Positions 54,408-64,000 of a stretch of 64,000 nt of DNA are shown here, piece after piece. A program made the translations under genes and the position numbers. Source of the stretch: the human T2T-CHM13v2.0 reference genome, Homo sapiens; the NCBI RefSeq assembly GCF_009914755.1, contig NC_060938.1. The stretch is one strand, 5' to 3'. The notes beneath the pieces are model-generated. The model was not told where the DNA came from and ran no database searches. It saw only the letters and a program-made list of their open reading frames with translations. Each line of letters begins with the position of its first letter. The first letter of the stretch is position 1.

Positions 54408-55606
54408 AGCTTTTTTATTGTAAATATTTAAGATGTACATTTAAGGTGTCTCCATATATGTATATATATATATGTATACATAGTGAAATTACTAGTAGAG
54501 TCAAGAAAATTAACATATCCATCATCTCAGTTACCTTTGTTGTCATAACGGCACATAAAAATCTACTCTCTTAGCAAATTTCCATGATACAATACAGTAG
54601 TAGTAACTATAGTTATCATGCTGTACCTTAAGTCTCTAGATATTCGTTCTACATAATTGTAACTTTGTACCCTTTAACCTATATCTCCCCATCTCCTCTT
54701 CCACTGCATCTGGTAACCAACTTTCTACTCTGTGTTACTATGTATTTGACTGTTTATTAGTGTCGACTTATGAGTGAGATCAAACTCTTTCACTCTCTCT
54801 TTCTTTCCCGTTTTTTTTTTTTTGTTTTGTTTTTTTTTTAAACAAGATCTCACACTGTTGCCCAGGCTGGAGTACAGTCACATGATTCCAGCTCACTGCA
54901 GCCTCAACTTCCCAGGCTCCAGGGATTCTGTCACATCAGTGTCCTTAGTAGCTGAGACTACAGGCATCCACCACCACACCTGGCTAATTGTTTGTTGTAG
55001 AGATGAGGTCTCACTATGTTTCCCAGGTTGGTCTCCAACTCCTGAGCTCAAGTGATTCTCCCACCTCAGCCTCCCAAAGTGCTGGAATTATGGTGCGAGC
55101 CACTGCTCCTGGCCTCTACAGTATTTTTCTTGCTGTGTCTGGCTTATTTCACTTAGCATAATTTCTTCTGGGTCCAATCATGTTGTTGCAAATGGCAAGA
55201 TCTCCTTCTTTTTAAGACTAAATAATATGCCATTTAATATGTACATCTACCACAATGTCTTTATTCCTTTAGCATGAGGAGAATATTGAACATTACTTTG
55301 AGAACTAGAAAAAAATGAACATGTGGGTTATTTTAGTGGTTAAAAAAAATAGGAAAATAACTATAAAGACATGAACCAACTATCAGGGGATGTTTGGGTT
55401 GTTTCCATATCTTAGCTATTGTAAAAAATACAAGAAAGAACAGACATCTCTATGGGGTGCTTATTTCATTTCCTCTGGGTATACCCAGAAGAACAATTGC
55501 TAGATAATATGGTAGTTCTAGTTCTAATTGTTTGAGGAGCAGCCATTCTGATGTTATAATGGCTGCACCTATTTATATTCCCACTAACAGTGTACAGGCA
55601 TTCCCT
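54408..55606 (-). mobile_element. L1MA (L1MA7-9-like) 3' fragment interrupted by AluJ and a short insert
   Basis: ttaacatatccatcatctca, aaaatctactctcttagcaaattt, tggcttatttcacttagcataat, gggttgtttccatatcttagctattgt, cccactaacagtgtaca. Confidence 0.9.
54811..55114 (-). mobile_element. AluJ
   Basis: agctcactgcagcctcaacttcccaggctc...gaggtctcactatgtttcccagg...gagctcaagtgattctcccacc. Confidence 0.93.
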
Positions 55607-55834
55607 GAACTTCACTCTATATTTTATTTCCCAAATGAGATGGAAGTACATGGAATAAAGTAGTATTCAAGCCAGTTTAGTCTTCACATTCTAAATCACC
55701 CCTCTATGAAACCTCTCCAGATTACCTTTTCTCCCCATGTGGATCTGAATATGCTCCTTTATTCCCAGTTGTCCTGTATGTATCCAGTTTTACAGACATA
55801 GCATCTGTAAAGGACACTGTTGTCTTACACCGAA

Positions 55835-56000
55835 GTGTAGCAATTAAGAACTCAGGGTTTGCACCTTTCCAGCTCTGTAGACTTGGGCCGGCAACTGAGC
55901 CTCTTTCACCCATAGTTTCTTTATCTAGAAAACAGGAGTGATGCATGTCTCATAGGACCGGTGTAAGGATTAAATGAATTGTAACTAGAAAATTGTTGGG
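55835..56000 (+). mobile_element. MIR SINE
   Basis: gcaattaagaactcaggg...gacttgggcc...agtttctttatctagaaaacagg...aggattaaatga. Confidence 0.65.
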
Positions 56001-57669
56001 AAATACCAAATATAATTATATAATGACTAGCCTCTGTAGGTATAAACAGTTTAATTACTTATAAGTTTACATGTCTGCTTATATTAAAGAGGGAAAGACT
56101 TAGACTGTAGTTCATTTTCATGTCTCTGTAACACAGCACTCTGTTTAGTAGTTACATAAATAGTGATTGAATGAATGTACAAGTGAGTGAATAATCATCT
56201 CAAGTCTATCCTTTGTCAAGGAAAATTTCCAGATAGAGTTCTTTCTCCTTTAGGGGGTCTTTAAGATGGTCCCAGTGCCAGCCCAAGAAGAGCCAGAGCT
56301 AGATCTTCAAGGCAGTCTGGGACCTGGATCCTCCCCTCCAGATGCCTAGAGGTATCTCCTGGGACCATGATGGGTCTCAGTCATACCCCTTCATTCATTG
56401 GTTCATGTCTTCATAGTCATTTTCTTTTTTTTTTTTTAAACCACTGAAATAACCCTCATTGTCATTATTTCTAATACTCAATGTAGTTTTAAATTTTCTC
56501 CCCATGCTCAAGAAGAGAAATGGAAATATGGCAAACATCTCCATGAACCCACATTTTCTCACATCTTTAGATCAAAAACTCTTATTCTTCAGATAAACAG
56601 GTTGTAAAATTTTCAGTGTTGAAGAGAATGAAATATGACATTTGATTTTATTGATTCATTGCTTATTTTTGGCAGAAGTTATCCTTTATTCAGTTTCATC
56701 TCTTTATGTCTTACCACCTCTTTGTGAACTAGCCACTTGCCTTGAGGGTTTACAAATTCAAGATTTCTCAACACGATTAGCCCTAATAGTATGCTTTCCT
56801 TCCAAGGTTTCCAGATTATCCAATACAGTATTATTTCTATCCCAATCATGTTTAAGGATTATTATTTTACATAGAAATAAATAAAGAAAGGGGAACCAAT
56901 ACAAAGTGTTAGAAAGACAGCTACGATTAATATATTGGACTGGCCCATTATCAGACCCTCTAGATTTTACAGGTAGCTTTCTGATCAGAAATCTCGGGTG
57001 AGAAATAGTAAGAATGATGGCCTTAGTTAAATCCTCTATCAATATGACAGGTTAAAAAAAAGACATATGAGTTAGTTAAAAGCACCTCTCCCTTGGTAAC
57101 TCTAAGTGTTTTAGTTTTTAAGATGGCAATTTGTGACTTTCTATAGCTTTTTCTTGAGATGAATTTGTGGACCAGTTGAATAGTGATAGAAATACAGGAC
57201 TTGCTAAAAATTACAAAGTGTTTATGGCAGTTCTGGCAAATATCCTCTAGATCACCAGATAATGCCAAGTCAGCAATATTATCAATAATGAGTTGCCTAT
57301 TAAGAACCAGGGGAATGGGGGCATGGACTGAAACTTTACCATAGACATCTTTGCTATTCTGGACTGTTGGTTTGCTTCCTAGTGTACTTCTGCTTATCCT
57401 TTCTTCCCTTTGGCTTCATTGAGATCCTCAGCCACTGAGTTCTATCTTGGTGCATTCCAGCCACACCCCAAAAGAATAACAAGAATGAATAAGCCATCCA
57501 TCTCTGAATGTAGAGCAGGTTGGAAAATGATAACCTTATTCATTATTATTGCTTGATACATTTCCGAATTTGTGTTATCTGTCATTAAATAGCTACCACA
57601 GCCTTCTTTCATTCTTCTTGGTATCAGTTTAATAATTTGTTCAATGAATATGAGAAAGAACAGGATCAC

Positions 57670-57830
57670 ATCCAGATTTTACCACTTACTGGCTGTGTGA
57701 CACTGGGTATGGTTATTAACCCCATGGAACCTCATCTTTAAAGTTCAAATGATGGTAACTAACTCATGAGGTTGCTAGGGATTAAATGAAGTACCATGTT
57801 TAAGGCTTCTGGCGTGGGTGCTGAGATATA
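57670..57830 (+). mobile_element. MIR SINE
   Basis: accacttactggctgtgtgacactggg...ggattaaatga. Confidence 0.7.
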
Positions 57831-58879
57831 GCAGATAAGAGATGGTAGTCAAAAAGAATGTGTCTTACTTTTTTTATAGTATATAGAGTGACAATTTTCA
57901 ATACAAATAGTGTCTGTATATATGCAGTCTTAACACGGCATTTTAAAATTTCATTGTAGACTTTAAAAAACCTAACAAATTGGATTTCAGCCTCTTTCTT
58001 ACTATATTAGAAAATAAAAGAAGATTAAAATAAAAAAAGGTTTCCTTTTAATCAATCTATTAATAAAAAGATAAGTACTGAGATTCCGTTGACATAAAAG
58101 TAATTGAAAGTTTATAGGCAAATTCTTGAAATAGAAAGGCACTTTTTTTCCTCATAAGAGGACAGTTTAGAGGATTTAAAAAGCAATCAAAGGTCTCATG
58201 TTTTATATGATCAATTCAAATTGACTGAATTTTCATCATCATCCTCCTCCCTCCTTCTTTCTGATAGTCTACATTTGTGGAATAGAGAGATTTTTGTCTT
58301 TCAAATTCTAACCCTGAGGATTTTTGCTAGGCACAAGTTAAGACCTGTATTGTTTTCTCCTAACAGTTCCTATGACATTTTTAAAGTATTTACTTTATTC
58401 TAGTATGTCCATTCTGTTGATCTTCGAAGGACCTGTGTCTCTAGGTGACATCTGTATTCAACCAATTTTGAAGACTCTTCTGATTGGATTTAGCAGGAGA
58501 TTTGTAGAGTGTGGGGCTTTGACTAGGCCCAGGTCCTTTGCCAGCCAGGCATAGTTTGTCCTTGTGAGGGCAGATATTGGAAAGGTGGAGGAGAATTATG
58601 TTCTATGGCACTTTCAGAAGCTCGAGAATACCTTGGCAGAGCCAAGCCTTCTGCTTAGGGAATGGCTAGCAGTAACAAAGCATGGTACCTGAGATCAGGT
58701 ACATAGTCAAGAGTTAGGTTGAAAGTCGAATATTAACCTGAAAAAGGAAGATTTGGCAGCACAGTGTATCTTACAGTCCCAGGAAAAGAGCCAGTTGACA
58801 TGTTCTGTGAGACTTCAGAAAACTGTACGACGTGAAAGTAGAAGCATTTCTAATCATAGTTATATTTTGAGTAATCTCT

Positions 58880-59010
58880 TCACAGTAGAATGAGTCCCCC
58901 AACACTGGATGTACTAAAGCCAAAGGAAGGGCCACCACTTTTCAGAGTTATTGAAGGAATTCACCCATCAGATATGTTTTGATTTTATTCAGTGATTGTT
59001 CAAACTAGAT
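58880..59010 (+). mobile_element. L3/CR1 3' fragment (tentative)
   Basis: atgagtcccccaacactggatgtactaaagcc...ccaccacttttcag resembles the CR1 3' end. Confidence 0.4.
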
Positions 59011-59810
59011 CCGTTTCTCTACCTTATTTTCAATGGGCAGTGGTTCTCTAGTTCATCAAAAAGTTTTTCCTCTGGAATTTTTGAGAAGCAATAGAAATCC
59101 AGAGCATTTAAAGGTGATGATTAATTAGTATATTAATCTTAGATAAATGTCCCCAGATAATTTTTAAATGATCAAATTTGTATCAAAGACATTATTTATT
59201 TTAGCATCATTTTGATTTCTTCTACTTTGTTGCTGGGGTTGGGGTAAAAGAGGGAGAAATGGAGACCATATATAATTCCGAAATGAAAAAAAATAAGCAA
59301 CAATACACTGAATTTTCTTAGAGTAAACATAATGCTATGCTGGGTTGTTATAGCATTTACAATGCTCATCTTCCCTTACACTTGAATGACTTCCTCCTGG
59401 ATCTGAAACACCTTCCTCAAGAGCATCATCACAGGACTGTTAAAAATCCTAACATGTTACAATTTTACTACCTTTCTTCTTCCAGTATTCCAGCTTGGAG
59501 ACTTTGCGTAGCCCTGGTTAATTAATGTTGAACTTTTCAGGGTATCTGTGAATCATGGTGGGGGGTAGGGTTGGGGACTAGAATTTAATTAAAGGCACAA
59601 GCTTCATGGGGATTGTGAAATCACAGATTCCAAAAGGGAGACAGCCATTCTAGGGAGACTGCTAATAGGGAGTAAGCAGGGTGACAAAGTGTGCAGGAAC
59701 TGAAGGAAGATGACATTCAAAGGTCTAAACAGGGGAGAAGAAAAACAAAGAGATCAGCATGTTACAGCTGAGCCTTTTCAAATGCACGGTGATAAAGAAC
59801 AGATATGTTT

Positions 59811-59839
59811 TGTGTGTGTGTATGTGCGTGTGTGTGTGT
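59811..59839. repeat. (TG)n microsatellite
   Basis: tgtgtgtgtgtatgtgcgtgtgtgtgtgt. Confidence 0.85.
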
Positions 59840-61269
59840 TATGCACAGTGGCTTGAAGGTAGCAGCCCTTTCCCCTGATAGAAATTTGATGATGGCAGCA
59901 ACAAAACCTAAACAGAGAATAATTAAAGAGTAAGGGGGTAGTTAATGAAATGAAAATAACTTTAAAAGGATGAAAAGAAATTGTTGTTAACACACCATGT
60001 GGTTTACCTATGAACCTAGCTGCTGTGGAAACATAATAACACAGAGTCAGCTCCTGCAATGCAAGTAAGCCACTTCCTGGGTAGAAATGGGGCTCTTCGG
60101 AAAAAGATTAACTTTTCTGTCCACAGGGGTATTATTTAGCTCACTGGAATAGCAATTTGACAAATGGTGCCTTTATGGCCCAAGTGAATACTGCTGGTTT
60201 CTGCTAAAAGGGCAGGTGCTACAAACCCAAGAAGAAAAACATTCTTGCATACTTGCCCCCCTCAGCATAAGGACAACTTTGAGCCTGTTCATTTTTGAGA
60301 GTTCCAGCAGTGGAAAGAAAGCTCTAAGGTTTGGTAACCTGTGACTCACAGAGAGCAGAATTTCAAGCCTAGTTGAGAAAACATTCCTTCAAGAGGGTGC
60401 TGCTTATCTGCTTTGGCCACGTTGGATTTTGGAATCTTAACTGTTCTTGTCACTTTGGTCCTGGTTCAAGTCAAAAGAGTTTCTTCTACTTGGGACTTGA
60501 ATTAGGTGAAGACTGACGGACATTTATTTACGTACCAAAATACACAACATATGTGTTGCAGTTAGTTCCTCCTTACAGAGGAACTGGTAAGCACTTTAGC
60601 CAGGTAGGGCTAAGGCAATTTTCACAGTTCTGACTGTATGAGGATTCCTGTTTCTTTGTTGTCCTATTTTATGCATCATCCACTGATTCTCATCTAAACC
60701 CCAGGCCATTTTGCGTGAAAATAGTCCTTCTATAAATAAAAAATTTAGACCAGAGGCAAAGGAGCCTCCATCTCTCTGCTTACAATTATTGCTCAATGTT
60801 CAAAGTTCTCAAGACTTATCTCTTCCTATTGCAATCCCTAATATACCCGTATATAGATACATTTAGGTCTGAGAATGCTTGAGCTTAAAGAGAGTAAGTT
60901 CTTGTTTGGTACAAGCTCTGCATAATACGTCTGAGCTGTCTCCCTGCTTTAGAATGCAGTGGTAGAAGTTTTTTTTACAGCACTCTGATTTTAGCCAAGG
61001 AACTAACAACCGTTGTGTAATGCACTAGCTAAAATAGTCTCCTTTATCGTGTAAAAGTCATCCATTGACTCATTTATTTATTTACCAAGTGCCTACTATG
61101 TTTCAGAAAGGGTTGTAAAGGGAACAGCTAAGACAAGGTCCTTGTCCTCATGCATGTCATACTCTAATGAGAGGAGACAGATCATACTTTAATTGGTAAA
61201 TTATAGTCAATTGCCAACAGCAGTAAGTGCTAGAGAGGAAAGGACCAGAATAAGGGTAGGAGGTACTTT

Positions 61270-62365
61270 TGAGAGTTGACAACGTGCTAGCAGCCCTCGC
61301 TCGCTCTTGGCGCCTCCTTGGCCTCAGCGTCTGCTCTGGCTGCGCTGGAAGAGCCCTTCAGTCCGCCGCTGCGCTGTGGGGGCCCCTCTCTGGGGCTGGC
61401 CAAGGCCTGCCCTCTGCTGGCGGGGAGGTGTGGAGAGACAGGCAGAGGTGGGAGTCGGGGCTGCACTGGGCGCTCGCTGGCAGGCAAGGGTTCGGGCTCC
61501 GTGGCCCCGCACTGGGCGCAGCCGGCTGATGCCTGCTGGGCTTGAAAAGGGACGAGCTCCCTCTGGGCTGCCGGAGTGCCCGTGCTAGGTTCCAAAGTCG
61601 CCAGTGAGTGCCATTGAGAGGTGAAGCCAGCTGGGCTTTTGGGTGGAGTGGGGACCTGGACAACTTTTCTGTCTAGCTAAAGGTTTGTAAACACCCAATC
61701 AGCACTCTGTGTCTAGCTAAAGGTTTGTAAACGCACCAATCAGCACTCTGTGTCTAGCTAAAGGTTTGTAAACGCACCAATCAGCACTCTGTGTCTAGCT
61801 AAAGGTTTGTAAACGTACCAATCAGTGCTCTGCATCTAGCTAATCAGGTAGGGGACTTGGAGAACTTTTCTGTCTAGCTAAAGGATTGTAAATGCACCAA
61901 TCAGCACTCTGTGTCTAGCTAAAGGTTTGTAAATGCACCAATCAGCTCTCTGTCAAAACGGACCAATCAGCTCTCTGTAAAATGGACCAATCAGCAGGAG
62001 GTCGGTAGGGCCAGATAAGGAAATAAAAGCAGGCCACCTGAGCCAGCAGCGGCATCCTGGTGGGTCTCCTTCCACACTGTGGAAGCTTTGTTCTTTCACT
62101 CTTTACAATAAATCTTGCTGCTACTCACTCTTAGGGTCTGTGCCGCCTTTATGAGCTGTAACACTCACCGCGAAGGTCTGCAGCTTCACTCCTGAAGCCA
62201 GCCAGACCACGAATCCACCAGAAGGAAGAAACTCTGAACACGTCCGAACATCGGAAGGAACAAACTCCAGATACACCATCTTTAAGAACTGTAACACTCA
62301 CCGCGAGGGTCCACGGCTTCATTCTTGAAGTCAGCGAGACCAAGAGCCCACCAATTCTGGACACA
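61270..62365 (+). mobile_element. LTR12-family (HERV9/ERV9) solo LTR
   Basis: Starts tgagagttgacaacgtgctagcagccctcg and ends cccaccaattctggacaca. CpG-rich U3 and ~41-bp CCAAT repeats; 4-bp TSD cttt/cttc. Confidence 0.97.
61670..62030 (+). promoter_or_regulatory. LTR12 enhancer/promoter: 8 CCAAT (NF-Y) boxes, GATA site, TATA-like AATAAAA
   Basis: Tandem tctagctaaaggtttgtaaacgcaccaatcagcactctgtg units; agataa ~62013; aataaaa ~62022. This is the known ERV9 LTR architecture. Confidence 0.85.
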
Positions 62366-62689
62366 CTTCGAGTAGTGTGGTTGGAGAAGGTCCTTGGGAG
62401 AAGACAACATCACACCTGAAATAAGAGAGATTAGAAGGAGCCAGTGATAACAGACCTGGAAGAAGGGAATTCAGGACAGAGGGAGCAGAAGGCTCTAACG
62501 TGGAAACAAGAAGGCCAGAGTACCCAGAGCAGAATGAGAAGGGGAAAATCAGGAAGGAACCATATGTGGTTGTTCACTGAGAGCAATCATTGACAGTCTC
62601 ACCCATGTTCTACAAAATTTCACTTCATGATTAAAACAAATTATATCTCTGTCTTTGCCTAAGACGTGTATTAAATAACAGCAATACAA

Positions 62690-63150
62690 ATAATAAACAT
62701 ATTAAGTCCATTCTGTGTTCTAGTCACAATATTAAGTATTTTATATATATTATTTAATCTTCACATTACTGCTAAGAAGCAGTGATAAAACCAAGATTTT
62801 AAAATATTAACCAATTTCTCAAGACTAAACACAGCTAGTAAGTTGCACGACCTGGATCAATTCTCCATTGGCTTGTTTCCAAAGCCACAGGTTTACTTTA
62901 ACATATACAGCTTTTATAGCACGAACATTGTGTTCTATGTGTCCGTCATTAAATTGGGTATTTTACACACATTATCTTAATATATAAAACAATTATATGC
63001 AGCAGATGTTATTACCATGATACTGCAAATAAGAAAACTGAGAAATAGAACATTCAAGGGATTTGCTCACAGCCAAATAATAGTAATTGGCAGTGTTAGG
63101 ATTTAGACTGATTTCTGTGTGATCTGTAGTCCATTCTGTTCAACACTACA
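62690..63150 (-). mobile_element. Two adjacent MIR fragments
   Basis: tatttaatcttcacatt...acacagctagtaagttgca; aataagaaaactgagaaatag...gatttgctcacagcca. Confidence 0.6.
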
Positions 63151-64000
63151 TGTACCTGCCTTCCCGTGGTATCATTGCCCCAGTTCTGAAACCTAGGTCT
63201 AGGTCGCAGGAGAACTAGCTTGATAAGGATGGGCTTTAGAGCCAAAATTTAAGCCATGCTTTGTCTTATCTGCATAATTTTATGTTCCCAGTCAGGTAAA
63301 ACCTTACCCATTTATCTTTATTTCCTATCAAATGCAGACTTCCCTATGAGCTGTTGCTTGGTAAGTTCCAACCCAATATGATGTCACCACTGGGTGGACC
63401 TCTATGGCACCTGTCTCACTCTGCCTTGGTTCCAGTTATTTTTGTATATGCTTCATTGATTATTTCTACTCACTTCCCAGAAATGTTCCCTTTCCCTGAG
63501 AAATGGAGTTGTATCTCCCTCATTGATGCATCCTCTGTAACATCTAGCTGTTTAATGTGTCACTCAGAATAAGTGCTCAATAAATATTTATCAAAGTAGC
63601 TGATGTCTAGGAAGCAAACCACCTCTTCTGTTCTGCTCTTGGATTCAAGAACTTAAGAGGATTTTGTTGGAAATCCACAAAGAATATTTTAAACGAGACA
63701 CATAATAAGACTCTCTTTTGAGATGAGAGAAACCAACAACAGCAAAAGATGGGTGGTAACAGAACGGTGCTGTTTGCTGCCAGCTGATGTTCTTCTTGCC
63801 TCCTGGAAAGATAGAGCCAGAAGTCTTCCATCACTTCTTGGGATGAGCCAACTGGCCTGTTTTAACCTATATTACTTGAGTTTTGGCTACCAAAACTCTA
63901 AGCATTCACATGGGCCCCCACGAAGCTCTGCCATCTGACCCTTTCAGCACCTTCAACTCTATCCAGTCTCACTCCTGCTGTACTAACAAACATTCCATAA

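Larger units (their letters stand above)
61065..62540 (-). mobile_element. L2 3' fragment split by LTR12
   Basis: actcatttattatttaccaagtgcctactatg...gacaaggtccttgtcctcatg; resumes after the LTR with ttggagaaggtcc...agagggagcag. Confidence 0.75.

Noticed and set aside
58685-60585. 8-bp hairpins gtacctga/tcaggtac (~58685) and agttcctc/gaggaact (~60564)
   Set aside because: Several stems of this length are expected by chance in 64 kb.
61269-61663. Six overlapping GC-rich ORFs and CpG-island-like stretch
   Set aside because: This is the LTR12 U3 region; stop-poor GC-rich repeat sequence.
61670-61995. Regular ~41-bp repeats superficially like a CRISPR array
   Set aside because: There are no unique spacers; these are the known tandem CCAAT enhancer units of LTR12 in a primate genome.

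Overview
Primate, most likely human or great-ape, non-coding genomic DNA. AluY, LTR12, THE1 and L1PA elements are present. The window is AT-rich and intronic or intergenic. I found no recognisable protein-coding exon, RNA gene or CRISPR array, and the supplied ORFs are Alu-, LTR- or low-complexity-derived or chance ORFs. Much of the window is interspersed repeat: 17 Alu copies or fragments, L1 3' fragments, MaLR/ERV LTRs including a solo LTR12 promoter, MIR, L2 and hAT DNA transposons. Repeat subfamily calls are from memory of consensus sequences and boundaries are approximate. Five structures are not explained by ordinary repeats. (1) A minus-strand splice architecture at 6305-6380 matches a neural 3-nt (AAG) microexon. 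(2) A 73-bp, 92%-identical inverted repeat of apparently unique DNA sits at 9379-9451 and 18152-18224. (3) A ~211-bp, ~85%-identical direct duplication starts at 13773 and 14773. (4) A THE1 LTR cut at its own poly(A) site carries an A28 tail and upstream internal sequence, so it is probably an L1-mobilised LTR transcript. (5) A fold-back hairpin lies at the breakpoint of a truncated Alu. The host gene, if any, could not be identified from sequence alone.
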